A stretch of 64,000 nt of DNA from Candidatus Omnitrophota bacterium. Its GTDB lineage: Bacteria; Omnitrophota; Gorgyraeia; 1-14-0-20-64-10. This document shows, piece after piece, positions 35,565 to 46,416 of the stretch. The DNA is taken from positions 6,515-70,514 of the forward strand of contig JAHFFE010000008.1 of NCBI GenBank assembly GCA_023248155.1, written 5' to 3'. Within the stretch, counting starts at the first letter, position 1, and every line of letters begins with the position of its first letter. The position numbers were made by a program, and so were the translations under genes. The notes beneath the pieces were generated by a model that was not told where the DNA came from, searched no databases, and saw nothing but the letters and a program-made list of their open reading frames with translations.

Positions 35565-38500
35565 ATGACCTTAAACCGTTTTTTGCGGCAAACCGCCTTA
35601 TTATTACTGCTTTCATTTTTCGCGCAGTCTGGATTTCCTCAGCCGCTGCTTGAGCAGGCGTTACGCGTTCAAAATCCCGCACAGACGGATGTGGCTGCTC
35701 GCCTCAAGCAATCACTGGATGCCGGCGCCGAAGAAAAACCGGTAGATCCGGGGCAACCGGAGGCACCAAAAAGAATTGTTATTAACACTGGAAATCTTAA
35801 TATTCCCGTTTCACCCAATACCGAATTTGTCATTAATGCCGATAATGTAACTTTGGTTCCAGCAGGATCTTCTCAGCCGCCACAAGCTGCTCCACTACCG
35901 TCTGCGCTTCCCGTTGAACCGCCGCGCGCGCTTCCAGCCCCGGAGGCATCTTCCAGTTCAAAAACTGTCGAACCAAAAACTGTCATTCCCGATTCGATCG
36001 GGAATCCGGATCCTCGCTTGCGCGAGGATGACACGCCTCGAGAAACGGTTTCTCGGCCGTCCATTCCATCCGCGCGTTCGGCTCCAAGTTATTCTCCAAC
36101 GCGTCCGTTGAAACGACTCTTCTTAGTTGCGACCGGCAGTCTGTTGTTTATTACCGCACTGACGCTAGTCTTCTCAATCAATCAATCCGGCAAAAGCTGG
36201 AAGGAGTTTTTCTTTCCTTCGGTCACCCAGATTGTCCCAGAACAGATCGAATCGGATATCAACCCGCCGGAACAAATTGATTTCGTGCCGGCTGAATCGG
36301 CATCCGTTTTCCCGGACGAGGGAACATTTTCCGGTGATCGGAAAGTGATTCAGGCCACTTCCGAGCAGGCTGGGGGAGTCGCGCATAATCCGAACGAAAA
36401 ACTTTCGCCGACTGAATTTGAACAGCAGTTTTATGGACACCAGATCGCTCTTTTGCAGGGACTCGCCGACGCGCAAATTCCGCGCCAGCCGGATGTGCAG
36501 GGAATTTTTAGCCGGCTTCGGATCGCGTCGGTTCCCGGCGAAGATTCCGGACGCAACCGGATTAAAGCGGCGCTGGCCCGTGACCAGGCTGAGGTTGATC
36601 AGGCCGCCGCCGCAGTAATCAAAGTGTTGCAGCAGGAGCAGTTTACAAAAACGGCGTCCCGTTTTAACCGGGTTGAAATAACGCCGGCCACTTGGAAGCA
36701 ATACCAGCAAGCGCTCAACAGCTGGTTTGCCGCGCAGCAGCGTCAGCTCAAGCGACTGGTCGAGGTTCTTGCGGAATTTGTCGAGAAAGACAAGCAACTG
36801 CTTCCGGGAGATAATATCCTGCTGAGGGATTATTACCTTGATTTGACGGCGCACCGGCTGGCTGAAATCTCCGTTGAAGAGTTTCAGGAAAGCCGCCGCC
36901 TGCATGATCTAATGATCCGGCTGGGCGTCGAATTGCCGTTTTCAGCGCTGGAATTGCCGGAGGGACTCGGATATGGCCCCTCCATGGTGCCGGCCGGCCC
37001 GGTTCCACCCGATCAGCTTACCCCGGCCGTTGAACGGCCTGAGCTTCTGCAAAAAACATTGGGCTCCATGCATCTTTTGCTGGCGGCCCGCGTGAAGCGG
37101 ATTGAGGCCCGGCTCGCATTTCTTGACTGGGAGATCAAGGCATACCGTGAAATGATTGGCAAAGACCCCCAATCTAGAACCGCCGAATACGACCGTTGGA
37201 ACACGGAACTAAAAATCACATCCCGTCTTTCTTTAGTGGCTCAGCGCCGCCGGATTCTCGCCCAGCAAGATTACCTCGCTGTGACCGGATTCCTTTTACA
37301 AAACCAGGGGCAAACCCGGGTTGACTGGCAGGCCGCTCCGGCTGCCATAAAAAAATTCCGGGATCAATTGCGCAATGAAGGGAAACTTCCGGAGCAGGTT
37401 GCCTCTGTTTTTCAGGTTTTGTTTGAAAGGGCTCAGAGCCGTCTGCGTGATGCCGAAAAAATAGAATTCTACGAACGGGTTTTCTTTTATACCGGCGGCA
37501 CCCGGGATGCCGTTTGGCGTGACGCTTCCGGCAAGCGCGTTTTCGGTTCCTACGCGTTTACCGGCGGAATCGCATACCTCGATTGGAAAGTCCGACAAGA
37601 ACAGCGTAATCAGCAGCAGATTGAGCGTGATCAGGGTAAAGTCGCTGATCAATTTGAATTACGATTGGCCCTGCAGCGCCGGCAATTAGCCCAACTGGAG
37701 TATGAGCAGGCCGTTTCTGATTTTAGCATGGCCGGCCTGCGCCGTGTTTTGGGGATTCCGACCGGTGCTGGGTCGAGCGGATTAACCCGTGCCGCCCCAC
37801 TCGTGCGCGAGCCGGGCACCGTAGCTCTTTTTTCGGAGCTGGGTGATTTAGGTGAAGTTGCCGATGGGCTTGATTTGTCTGACCGGATGTTAACAGCCGC
37901 GGAACGGCAGACGCTGACCGTTTATGGACTGCCGCAAGATTTGCCTGAACCCGCCCGTAAAAAAGCGGCGGCAACGATGGTCGCGCAGTCGCAGAAAGCG
38001 GCGGCGATTGCCATTCGCGCGCTCTGGCAGCAGCGGATTTGGGCCGCGCAAGAGGCCGATATCGCCCGCCGGGTGGAACTGTCGGAGCTGGAAACTGCTT
38101 CTGATAAGTATCTGGACGCGGTCTATCAGGAAGAACTCAACAGCGTCCGCATATTTGAAATGCGCCGGCTGACTGCCGAGCTGTTGATGGAAGGGTCGTT
38201 AACGCTCAATCAACTGTTGGATTTGTTTAGAATACCGCTTGCCTATCGTCAGGACCCCGCTCATTCAAACCGGTGGTTTGTTTTTTCAAACGATGCTGAT
38301 CTTCTTGATTTCTTTGGTTTAAGCCGCTGGGATTTGAAAGCCAGGGTAGGCGCTTCTGATCCGGCAGAGTACCAGCGGTTGAGCCGGCTTCATGATGAGT
38401 CGGTTCAGCTGGCGATCGTGGCTGGCCGGTATACAAACGGCAATCGGATTGATGCCAAGGCGCATCAGACGGAAATTTTCGCGAAATATAAAGCAGGCAC

Positions 38501-39932
38501 CGGTTGGGATTGTGAAAAGAACAGCGCTGAGATTGCGGGACGGCAATGGATCGATGGTTCGATGACAGAACTGTTAAAGAATAACAACCTTCAGCTGGCA
38601 CAGGGGATGCCGTTGTTTCCGGCGAACCGGCCCGTTCCATCGGCGGTACCATCCGTGGAGGATCTGACCGGGCTGTCTTACCGGGGGATTCCGGAATCTC
38701 CGGGTTACGGCGGATCGGTTATTCTGGACGGCGCGAGCGTTTCGCTGACGGGCGGGACTTATCAACTGTCGATGGCCGGTATCGTTTCCGCCCTGCCTGT
38801 ACCGTTGCAGGATTATCAGGTTAAAGAACATCCGCTAGGTCAGCGGTGGGTTCCGCCGGAGCGGCTGCAGCGGGTTGTTGTCCATGACAGCAACAATCCT
38901 CTGGCCGCCGCGCCTTCGGAAACCGTTTTTGTGGTTCAGCAGGGGCCCGCCGGCAGTCCTTTCCTTGGCAACGGGAAGTACACCGTTGTCAGACCCGGTC
39001 TTTTACCGATCGATCCGCGCGTGGCCTCCGCGCCGGTTCCTGGCGTACGTGCTTCATGGGACCCTCAAGCGAAACAATGGATTCTGCCGGATCGGGTTGA
39101 AGATCGCCAGGTGATCTATTTTTATCCGGTACGCGAATTACAGGTCTTGTTTGAAAACGGCAAGTGGATTCCCCGAGTGAATTTAATAGGAATTATTCCA
39201 CAGATGGTTTCGTGGGAAGAGGCGGGCCGGTTGGCTCAAAACCCTGAGAGGGCTTTGGGGCCGAACCGGACCGTTTTGAAAGTGGGAGATTACGTAAGAG
39301 ATCCTCAAACCGGAAAACGATATGTTTCTTCGAATGGGCAGGGAGGTTTTTTCCAATATCAGTTGACGATTCACCGATATTTGAATTCGCAGGGAGCCGC
39401 CGAGCAGGAGATCGATTTTGTTTCTGAGGCTATTCGCGATACGGATCCTCCGATTGCTCTGAAGCCCGAGAGGTTATCTTCCGGTTCGGGACTGGAAGAA
39501 TTTTTAGGACGGCGGATTGCCGAAGCGCCCGGGTTTCAAGCGGTTGTGATTTCTGCCGAGACAGCGGCCGATTGCCCAGAGCTGGCCGGCGCTGAAGAGA
39601 ATACTTATCAATGGGGGAATCTGCAGCTGATAGTTTTGTCGGAGGAGCCTGCTCAATGGTCTTCCGTAATCACCGGATGGTTATCGCAGCCGAACCTAAA
39701 TTTGACGCTTTACGGTCGTGCCGGCGATCAGTCTCTCTCAGTACTTGGACAGATGCTGGCTGGTGCCGAAGAATCGATTGCGATCCAGGGACCGTACCCA
39801 CCGACGGGACAGAGCTTTTCAACCCTCTTTAAGATGATTCTGGCAAATTTGGCTGGCCTGGAAGAAGCAACTATTTCTGATGCTGATTTGAACCAGGCCG
39901 CAGAGCTGCTCGGATTAGGTAAATACGTATAA
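35565..39932 (+). CDS. Large secreted/anchored coiled-coil protein, paralog A (~1,455 aa). Signal peptide, TM anchor, Pro-rich spacer, conserved N-module, beta-rich C-domain, shared C-terminal domain.
   Basis: The ORF runs 35556..39932; the ATG at 35565 gives MTLNRFLRQTALLLLLSFFAQSGFPQP (signal peptide). A second hydrophobic segment is LFLVATGSLLFITALTLVFSI. The module WKQYQQALNSWFAAQQRQ... is shared with the genes at 40086 and 46417. The C-domain VDPRVASAPVPGVRASWDP...YFYPVRELQVLFENGKWIPRVNL is ~55% identical to that of the 46417 gene. Confidence 0.8.
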   Translation: MTLNRFLRQTALLLLLSFFAQSGFPQPLLEQALRVQNPAQTDVAARLKQSLDAGAEEKPVDPGQPEAPKRIVINTGNLNIPVSPNTEFVINADNVTLVPAGSSQPPQAAPLPSALPVEPPRALPAPEASSSSKTVEPKTVIPDSIGNPDPRLREDDTPRETVSRPSIPSARSAPSYSPTRPLKRLFLVATGSLLFITALTLVFSINQSGKSWKEFFFPSVTQIVPEQIESDINPPEQIDFVPAESASVFPDEGTFSGDRKVIQATSEQAGGVAHNPNEKLSPTEFEQQFYGHQIALLQGLADAQIPRQPDVQGIFSRLRIASVPGEDSGRNRIKAALARDQAEVDQAAAAVIKVLQQEQFTKTASRFNRVEITPATWKQYQQALNSWFAAQQRQLKRLVEVLAEFVEKDKQLLPGDNILLRDYYLDLTAHRLAEISVEEFQESRRLHDLMIRLGVELPFSALELPEGLGYGPSMVPAGPVPPDQLTPAVERPELLQKTLGSMHLLLAARVKRIEARLAFLDWEIKAYREMIGKDPQSRTAEYDRWNTELKITSRLSLVAQRRRILAQQDYLAVTGFLLQNQGQTRVDWQAAPAAIKKFRDQLRNEGKLPEQVASVFQVLFERAQSRLRDAEKIEFYERVFFYTGGTRDAVWRDASGKRVFGSYAFTGGIAYLDWKVRQEQRNQQQIERDQGKVADQFELRLALQRRQLAQLEYEQAVSDFSMAGLRRVLGIPTGAGSSGLTRAAPLVREPGTVALFSELGDLGEVADGLDLSDRMLTAAERQTLTVYGLPQDLPEPARKKAAATMVAQSQKAAAIAIRALWQQRIWAAQEADIARRVELSELETASDKYLDAVYQEELNSVRIFEMRRLTAELLMEGSLTLNQLLDLFRIPLAYRQDPAHSNRWFVFSNDADLLDFFGLSRWDLKARVGASDPAEYQRLSRLHDESVQLAIVAGRYTNGNRIDAKAHQTEIFAKYKAGTGWDCEKNSAEIAGRQWIDGSMTELLKNNNLQLAQGMPLFPANRPVPSAVPSVEDLTGLSYRGIPESPGYGGSVILDGASVSLTGGTYQLSMAGIVSALPVPLQDYQVKEHPLGQRWVPPERLQRVVVHDSNNPLAAAPSETVFVVQQGPAGSPFLGNGKYTVVRPGLLPIDPRVASAPVPGVRASWDPQAKQWILPDRVEDRQVIYFYPVRELQVLFENGKWIPRVNLIGIIPQMVSWEEAGRLAQNPERALGPNRTVLKVGDYVRDPQTGKRYVSSNGQGGFFQYQLTIHRYLNSQGAAEQEIDFVSEAIRDTDPPIALKPERLSSGSGLEEFLGRRIAEAPGFQAVVISAETAADCPELAGAEENTYQWGNLQLIVLSEEPAQWSSVITGWLSQPNLNLTLYGRAGDQSLSVLGQMLAGAEESIAIQGPYPPTGQSFSTLFKMILANLAGLEEATISDADLNQAAELLGLGKYV

Positions 39933-40085
39933 AGTCAGATAATTTTTTAATGATATTTTTGAGGCAAAAGCCATCGGTCTATGGCATACTTACACTAGAG
40001 CGATTGAATAAAAAGTTTCGTGGCGGAAGAACGGGTTTCGCCGCGAGATTTTTATTTAGCTCCCTTTTTTCAAAGATCAAAATAG

Positions 40086-43000
40086 ATGAAGAAAATCAGA
40101 TTTCGTCAAACCATCGCGATTGGGCTGCTGATGGCGTTCTCCGTTTCATCGGTGACGCCGGGAGGGGCGGCCGTATCCTCCAGCCGCGCCGACACGCTGC
40201 GCGCGCTGAATGTTTCCGAAGCGGATAACTCTGGTTTGGAAGAATCCCTTAAACGTCCTGATTTTTTGGCGTCGGCGGAGCCGTCCGTCCGTCCAGCCAG
40301 TCTGCCTGGTGCCCAGACAAATCCACCGCAGCGCCGCCGGTGGCCTTTAGTCGTAGCCAGCCTTTTGGCTGTTTCTTTCTTATTTCCCTCTCTGATCGGT
40401 CCTGAAAAGAAAGATCAAAATCCTAAAGTACAACCTCCACCTCCGATCACTCAGCGGGTTGCACGGAAACTCCGTGTGCCGCCGCCCATTCCCGATCGTC
40501 CATTGCCTCCCATCCCTGAGATTGATAAAGAAGATGCTCCTTTGCGTGATTTGCAGGCAGGAATTCTCGAGATTCTCGCCCGTTTCTCAGAACCGGGCGG
40601 AGTGCTTCGCCAGCAGGAAAGAGACCGGACCGAAAAACTATTCGATAAGGGCGCAGTCGGAAAAAACCAGGAACTATTCGCAAACTTCAATACGCTTCGT
40701 GATCGTGTTTTTGTCAGACAAGCCGCTGCCATCCGGATTCTGGAAGAATATATTACCGGTGATGAGAAAACACGGAACAATCTTTGGGACGATTATAAAG
40801 CGGCCATTGATGCCTGGTTTGACGCGCAGCAGGATGAACTCGAAGCGCGGGTTGATCTGACTTCCTATTTGCTTGACCAGGCGCGTAGTTTACATGCCAA
40901 GGGAGTAATTGGCGAACAAGACCTTATTAAAAAAGAAGTAGCTCACGACAGCGCCAGACTGATGGTGCGGGAGTTTTCACTTTACCGTCGATTTTTTGTG
41001 AATTTGAGAAAAATCGGGGTGGCATTGCCGTTTCCAAAAACCCAGCTGCCGGCGGCCGGCGGCAATTTCGTTCCTCAACTGGTTCCGCCAATCCCCAATG
41101 GCGAGCCGTCGCTTTCAGTGTTGGAAAAGCAGGAAATCCTTCTGGAATCGTACGATCTTATACAGGAACTTTTAACGCTCTACCAGGACCGTTTGCGACA
41201 GGGGCAGAAAATCAGGATCGATCATTTGCGCCGCATCGTCGCTCTGCGTGAAAAAAAAGTGGCCACTCAAATAGAGTTAGATCGCGCCCATTTCTTGAAT
41301 CAGCAGGCCGCATTAATGGAAATTCAGATCCGCCGTTTGGAAGACCAGAGGCAGTTTGTCGAGGCCTATAAAATTCTGGTGACGACCGAAGGCCTGGATC
41401 AGCTGCCGTTGAAATATCTGAATCATCCGCTGGTGCGCCGTGCTACCGGCGAAATTGCACTTGAATTGGGTTATGCCAAATCGGCTGGTGAGGCGCTGGA
41501 GTTTGATCCGTCCATAATTCTTTCTGTCATAGGGGACTTAAACCCAATTCGCACACTGATCTTTTTAAATGCGCAGCAAGATTTAACAACGGCCGTGTTG
41601 AAAGAAGCGGATGGTTTGGTTGAAACACTGCAGCTGCCTGAGGGCGCCGGGAGCAGGATGGGATTGGTTGCCTATACCGGAGCCGTGCTGCGGTCCTCAC
41701 TGGTTGCCAATCGCCGATTGCCAAATACCATTACAATACGGGAAATTCTAACTCAGCAGCATCAATACGATCAGGCGAAACTGCAACAGGAAGCCGGCCA
41801 ACTTGTCCGCCAGCAGATTTTACTCCGGATCAAACTGGGGCTTCCAGTCGGCGATGTCGAATCGACGCTTTCTCCGGAGGGCCGCCGTACGCTGGAGTTT
41901 TCTTCAAACGGTGTTCTACAGCCCGGATCTTTGAAAGATTTTGATGAAACGGATGATTTGACTCCCGAGATCGGGCAGGACAATCGCGCGCGCTTACTCG
42001 AGATCGGACAGCTTGTCAGAACGGCATTCGGCACAAGAGATCGGCTTACTCCGTTGCAGATCCGCCAATCGAGCGATGAACTACTGGATGCGGAACAGCG
42101 TCTTATGGCGGTGCGGATTCGCAGTCTTGCCCGGCAGAAAGAGTTAAATTCGGTGCTGACTGCCCAAGTCAGGGAAGGCGTGAAAACTGGCGCCCTCAAT
42201 AAAAGAGAATTGGCCGATGCCGAAGCATGGGAAGAACAGTCACGCGTGGGAGATGCTGAATCGGCCCGTTTGTTGGTTGATTTATTGAGCCGTAAACAGC
42301 TTTCTCGTGAGCAATTGGCGCAACTGCTGGATGTTGCTCCGTCAAAATTAGCCGGTCGTATTCCGGCCGGTGCCAAAGAAGTGATTGAGCGATTGAATGG
42401 CCCTGACTGGTTTGCTCCGGCCGCCGTGATTGGTCCGGAAAATCTCGACGAGTACCCGCTATGGAGAGCCGAGCATAACCGTCTGGTGAATGACGAACGG
42501 CAGATTTTACGGGATGCGCAAGCCAGCCGCACCACGGAGTTGAGTAAGCGTCTTGATCAAGAGAAGGCACTGGTTAAAACAAGGACTTCCACCCTGCAAT
42601 CTGAAGAAGCAGCCCAACATGATTTGACTCAGGGGGGAATGCAGCTGAATTTGCTCGGACGGTCTCGCGAGATGGATGAATGGCTTCGGGATCACGGGAT
42701 CGATCTTCCCAGTCCGATTGATCCGCGGCCTGCCGGATTACCGACGATAGATGATTTAAGAAATGGTTTACGCGGCCGCAACTTACCGCTTCAGCCGGAA
42801 GCTCCATTCTATGTTGCGATTCCCGGCCAGGCCGATAGTAAAGCGCTCAGTGCCGGATTTTATGCGCCCGATGCGGTTGTTTTTCTGTCCGGGCCTCCAA
42901 AAACCTCTCCCGATCATATTCGGGCGCCTGTTTTTGGCGTGGATGACTGGAATGTGCTGAAAGAATTTTTTACGGGTGCTTCAATCACCGATTCAAATGC

Positions 43001-44315
43001 CAACGGTGAGCCGCGGCTCCGGTTAGGCCGTGTTACGGTGAATCAGGTGAATCCCTCTACCGATTTTGATCGGGGCAACGGACGGGCTGTTATCCATCTG
43101 GATGGGTATGAGTTGGTGAGGCGTCCGGCGCAGTTTGCTCCGGGGTTGCTATCGAGTTTGGCGGAAGCGTGGAATCCCCAGCTGGTTCCGGAAGAAAAAG
43201 TAGAAGATCGAAAAATGGTGGTTGGTTATTATGTGCGGGTTGTCGAAATTGGTGATGACGGCGTCGAACGGAAAAGAGTGGTGGGGGTCCTTCCGGCGGA
43301 AATGTCATGGACTCAGGGGGGACGATTGTCTGAGAAAATGTCATTACCCAATCAAAATCCGAATTCATTCCCCAATTATCTTAAAGAAGTTGCTCCAAGG
43401 CACTACGGGTGGATTACGCCGATTGACAGCTTGTTGTCTGATCCGGCGACTGGCGAGCCGCTGGTTTTCAGAAAGGAAGGCAATGAGTTTGTCTATTTGA
43501 GAGTTCGTCTTTATCAGCGGGACCTGGCTGACGGCACCATTGAAGACGAGCTTGGTTTTGATGAAGAGCCGGTGGTTGTTCCGGAGGAGGAAGAAGAAAA
43601 TCTACAACTGCCGGTGCCGGTCGCGCCGCCGGTTAACCCGGCTCCTCAACAACCGAATGCTGCCGCGCCTGTTTTACCGCTGCCGGAGCCGGCTGTCCGC
43701 GAGGTGAAACTGCTTCTGACTCAGCTTCCGTCCGGCGATTTTGCCGTCCATACCTATGCAGGAACCTATCGGATGGATGGCTTATCCATCGGGCAGGCCC
43801 CTAGCAATGCTTTTGATGAATGGCTGGCAAACCACTCCTCTGACGGGGCTCTTCTTGCGAAAGAGCCGTTGAATTTGCTTCCGATCGAGCTGTCATCCAA
43901 CGAACAGATTTTTATTGAAAGCGGATTGATGGCGGAAGCAGACCGAGTTGCTTTGTCGCGGCAATTGGCGATGTCCGGCATCACCAATGTCAACATTCAT
44001 TGGGTCGGCAGCAACCAGGATGAGGTTAGCGCTGTCTCCGATACCGTTCTCGCGCTTCGCCAGACTGGAACGCCGGTTGTGATGATGGTCAGCCCGGCGT
44101 ACCAAGGTGCGCTCGAACGGATGTTTGGTATCGGGGGTATTCATAAAGAACTTCGGCCGACGATCGGTATTGTGAGCGGCCTTGCCAATACAAGGGTTGT
44201 TTTGATGGCGTTGTTGACCAATATGGCGTTTCTTTCCCGCTTAACGGTTTTTGACGGTGTTTCATCCGGTCTTGAAGAGAACGCCACGGCGTCTGTTTTC
44301 CAATTCATGGCGTAA
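40086..44315 (+). CDS. Large secreted/anchored coiled-coil protein, paralog B (1,409 aa). Signal peptide, TM anchor, Pro-rich spacer, conserved N-module, shared-type C-terminus.
   Basis: ATG at 40086 gives MKKIRFRQTIAIGLLMAFSVSSVTPGGAAV (signal). A hydrophobic anchor WPLVVASLLAVSFLFPSLIG follows. There is a Pro-rich stretch, PPPPITQRVARKLRVPPPIPDRPLPPIPE. The N-module WDDYKAAIDAWFDAQQDELEARV...IGVALPFP is paralogous to the genes at 35565 and 46417. A long coiled-coil region is present. Confidence 0.8.
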   Translation: MKKIRFRQTIAIGLLMAFSVSSVTPGGAAVSSSRADTLRALNVSEADNSGLEESLKRPDFLASAEPSVRPASLPGAQTNPPQRRRWPLVVASLLAVSFLFPSLIGPEKKDQNPKVQPPPPITQRVARKLRVPPPIPDRPLPPIPEIDKEDAPLRDLQAGILEILARFSEPGGVLRQQERDRTEKLFDKGAVGKNQELFANFNTLRDRVFVRQAAAIRILEEYITGDEKTRNNLWDDYKAAIDAWFDAQQDELEARVDLTSYLLDQARSLHAKGVIGEQDLIKKEVAHDSARLMVREFSLYRRFFVNLRKIGVALPFPKTQLPAAGGNFVPQLVPPIPNGEPSLSVLEKQEILLESYDLIQELLTLYQDRLRQGQKIRIDHLRRIVALREKKVATQIELDRAHFLNQQAALMEIQIRRLEDQRQFVEAYKILVTTEGLDQLPLKYLNHPLVRRATGEIALELGYAKSAGEALEFDPSIILSVIGDLNPIRTLIFLNAQQDLTTAVLKEADGLVETLQLPEGAGSRMGLVAYTGAVLRSSLVANRRLPNTITIREILTQQHQYDQAKLQQEAGQLVRQQILLRIKLGLPVGDVESTLSPEGRRTLEFSSNGVLQPGSLKDFDETDDLTPEIGQDNRARLLEIGQLVRTAFGTRDRLTPLQIRQSSDELLDAEQRLMAVRIRSLARQKELNSVLTAQVREGVKTGALNKRELADAEAWEEQSRVGDAESARLLVDLLSRKQLSREQLAQLLDVAPSKLAGRIPAGAKEVIERLNGPDWFAPAAVIGPENLDEYPLWRAEHNRLVNDERQILRDAQASRTTELSKRLDQEKALVKTRTSTLQSEEAAQHDLTQGGMQLNLLGRSREMDEWLRDHGIDLPSPIDPRPAGLPTIDDLRNGLRGRNLPLQPEAPFYVAIPGQADSKALSAGFYAPDAVVFLSGPPKTSPDHIRAPVFGVDDWNVLKEFFTGASITDSNANGEPRLRLGRVTVNQVNPSTDFDRGNGRAVIHLDGYELVRRPAQFAPGLLSSLAEAWNPQLVPEEKVEDRKMVVGYYVRVVEIGDDGVERKRVVGVLPAEMSWTQGGRLSEKMSLPNQNPNSFPNYLKEVAPRHYGWITPIDSLLSDPATGEPLVFRKEGNEFVYLRVRLYQRDLADGTIEDELGFDEEPVVVPEEEEENLQLPVPVAPPVNPAPQQPNAAAPVLPLPEPAVREVKLLLTQLPSGDFAVHTYAGTYRMDGLSIGQAPSNAFDEWLANHSSDGALLAKEPLNLLPIELSSNEQIFIESGLMAEADRVALSRQLAMSGITNVNIHWVGSNQDEVSAVSDTVLALRQTGTPVVMMVSPAYQGALERMFGIGGIHKELRPTIGIVSGLANTRVVLMALLTNMAFLSRLTVFDGVSSGLEENATASVFQFMA

Positions 44316-44325
44316 ACGCGCTAAA

Positions 44326-46401
44326 ATGGGCGACATGATCAGAAAAACAATTACGGCGATAGTTGCCGGGTCGATGGCGCTGGTTTCTTCAGCGCCGGCA
44401 TCTCTTTTTATCAATTCTGCTCAGCCAGTTTGTCTGCGTTCCCTCCAGGGCGGTGAATCATTTAGAGTTATTTCGGGTATGGAAGAAAAACTAACTGCTC
44501 AAACAGTTACCGGTGCTTCCGATTCCGGAGCGCTCGATCGGCGTACTGTGCTTAAGGCAGGTGCTCTCAGCATAGGCGCTTCCATTCTAAAGTGGGCTCG
44601 ATTATTGCCCGACGATGCCATTTTTGGACAGGAGGGGAAAGCGGTGCAACCTAAAGGCGCTCTGTCTTTGCTGGCCAAAGAATTGGGTGGTAGAAGCGAT
44701 CTTTCGATCATTGTTTGGGATCCATCCAGCATCGGGGGACTTCCCGGTTTTTTTGATCGGGCAGTTCAGGCCGGCGTGACCCGCGTCTGGGTCAGCGGAT
44801 TCCGGTTCAATCAGATGGACAATGCCCGCCAGAAAGCTTTTTTTAATCAGGCTCGCGTTTCCGGCCTGCGCTCCATCGGGTTCATTGACGGTAATTACGA
44901 TTGGGCTAACAATCCCGCGTTTGTAAAATCACATTACGAAAAACTGATTGTCACACTAACCCAGTTTCACAATGATAAATTATTGGGTCGTCTCAAAATC
45001 GTGTTTGCGGCCGATATTGAGCCTTGGACCGGGCCCAATGGAAAGAATTGGAATGGTGATTTCAAGCCGTCGACCGACTTGGTTTGTAACTGCGTTATTC
45101 CGGAAATCAGCGGATTTGCTCAAAGAACAGGCCGTGTTGATAGAACAAATCTGATTACGCTCGTTATGCCATTCTGGTCTCAGAATGGTACGAAGCTGGA
45201 TAATGACCTCGTGGTTAAAGGAGTTGAAGATCTACCCAATACCACGCTGGCTCTGATGAGTTACCGGAATTCCGCTCTTGAAATCGAAAGTGTTCTTAAT
45301 GACACGCGAAGTCGTTTAAGAACAACACCGGCACGGGATCTCCGCTGGGCGTTCGGAGGAGAGACGCTTCCACCCGGTGAAGTAGGCGGGCAGCACGTCA
45401 CTTTTCACGGAAGATTAAAACGGGTTCCTCTGGAACTGTTGCGTGTGATCCGCCGGCTTTCGGAGAGTGAGCGTAAACAGTTGGATGAGGTTTTTATTCA
45501 TTTTGCAAGTCCTGTTGCCGCCGATAAAGCGATTAAGGAATGGCTGGAGAGTCCTGCTGAGGAACCGGCAAAAGGAAAAGATTTTTCAGTCAGAGGCGGC
45601 CAGGCAAAGATATCCAAAGATGGTTCGCGTCTGGAATTTCAAATGGATCTGGGCGATTTGGCCGATCAATCGTTAGTCGCTGTGGCACTGGTGAGAACCG
45701 ACACCTGGTATCCTCAACCGTATGATAATGCAAGCGCCCAGGTACCGGTGCAGGTGGATAAGGACGGTGTTGGCAATGTGGTCGTGTTTGCGGCCGACCG
45801 GAGCTCGTTTGTCGGAGAACAAACGAAAGGCCGCGCCGTGATCATTCTGACACCCACTGATTTTCAAGCTGTAGTAAAAGACAGACTCAACCCCGCACGG
45901 TTAGAACTCCGCGCTCAGAAAATCATCGTATTCGATAAAGAGGGAAAAGCCTCGGTTGTTAATCGGTTGCCTCGCGGCGGTCTGGAAGAATCGATCCGGC
46001 TTCCGGCGCATGCGACCGATGAACGCGTTATTATTTTGACGCCGGACACCGCTGTCGTCGGCCTGGAACTGCTGCGCGGATTTCGTCCCGAGGCAGGCGA
46101 GAAAATCCCGGTGGCGGTGATTGTGCGCAACGCGGTTCAACATTCCCAATTGCTTGATTTATTGGAGGCCCAGTCGATTCAGCTGCAGTTTCCGGTCGTT
46201 GACCTTTCTGAGACGGGCCAAAATCTTGGGGAGGCCATCGTTGCGCTTCAGGAAGATGCCTGGATTGCCTCTCTCAATCCGTTAGTGATCGACACGATGG
46301 CCGCGTTCCGCCAGCTGGGCACATTCCTCGGTATTCCTGAACTGGACCAGCGCCTGCTGGACAAATGGCTGGACGAACAGGGAGTCGCTTCCGCGGCGTA
46401 A
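44326..46401 (+). CDS. Secreted protein (~691 aa from ATG 44326; alternative start 44479 gives a Tat-type leader). Its C-terminal ~110 aa are nearly identical to the C-terminus of the 46417 gene.
   Basis: The track ORF 44251..46401 overlaps the upstream gene, so an internal ATG is the likely start. ATG 44326 gives MGDMIRKTITAIVAGSMALVSSAPASLF (signal-like). The downstream MEEKLTAQTVTGASDSGALDRRTVLKAGALSIGASIL is a textbook twin-arginine leader if translation starts at 44479. The C-terminal PLVIDTMAAFRQLGTFLGIPELDQRLL is shared with the next gene. Confidence 0.7.
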   Translation: MGDMIRKTITAIVAGSMALVSSAPASLFINSAQPVCLRSLQGGESFRVISGMEEKLTAQTVTGASDSGALDRRTVLKAGALSIGASILKWARLLPDDAIFGQEGKAVQPKGALSLLAKELGGRSDLSIIVWDPSSIGGLPGFFDRAVQAGVTRVWVSGFRFNQMDNARQKAFFNQARVSGLRSIGFIDGNYDWANNPAFVKSHYEKLIVTLTQFHNDKLLGRLKIVFAADIEPWTGPNGKNWNGDFKPSTDLVCNCVIPEISGFAQRTGRVDRTNLITLVMPFWSQNGTKLDNDLVVKGVEDLPNTTLALMSYRNSALEIESVLNDTRSRLRTTPARDLRWAFGGETLPPGEVGGQHVTFHGRLKRVPLELLRVIRRLSESERKQLDEVFIHFASPVAADKAIKEWLESPAEEPAKGKDFSVRGGQAKISKDGSRLEFQMDLGDLADQSLVAVALVRTDTWYPQPYDNASAQVPVQVDKDGVGNVVVFAADRSSFVGEQTKGRAVIILTPTDFQAVVKDRLNPARLELRAQKIIVFDKEGKASVVNRLPRGGLEESIRLPAHATDERVIILTPDTAVVGLELLRGFRPEAGEKIPVAVIVRNAVQHSQLLDLLEAQSIQLQFPVVDLSETGQNLGEAIVALQEDAWIASLNPLVIDTMAAFRQLGTFLGIPELDQRLLDKWLDEQGVASAA

Positions 46402-46416
46402 TGTGGTGATAATCCT

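Noticed and set aside
44251-44325. Upstream extension of the 44326 gene (track start 44251) overlapping the end of paralog B by 65 nt.
   Set aside because: It overlaps the preceding gene and is Arg/Lys-rich with no signal peptide. An in-frame ATG at 44326 immediately follows the upstream stop and begins a hydrophobic leader.
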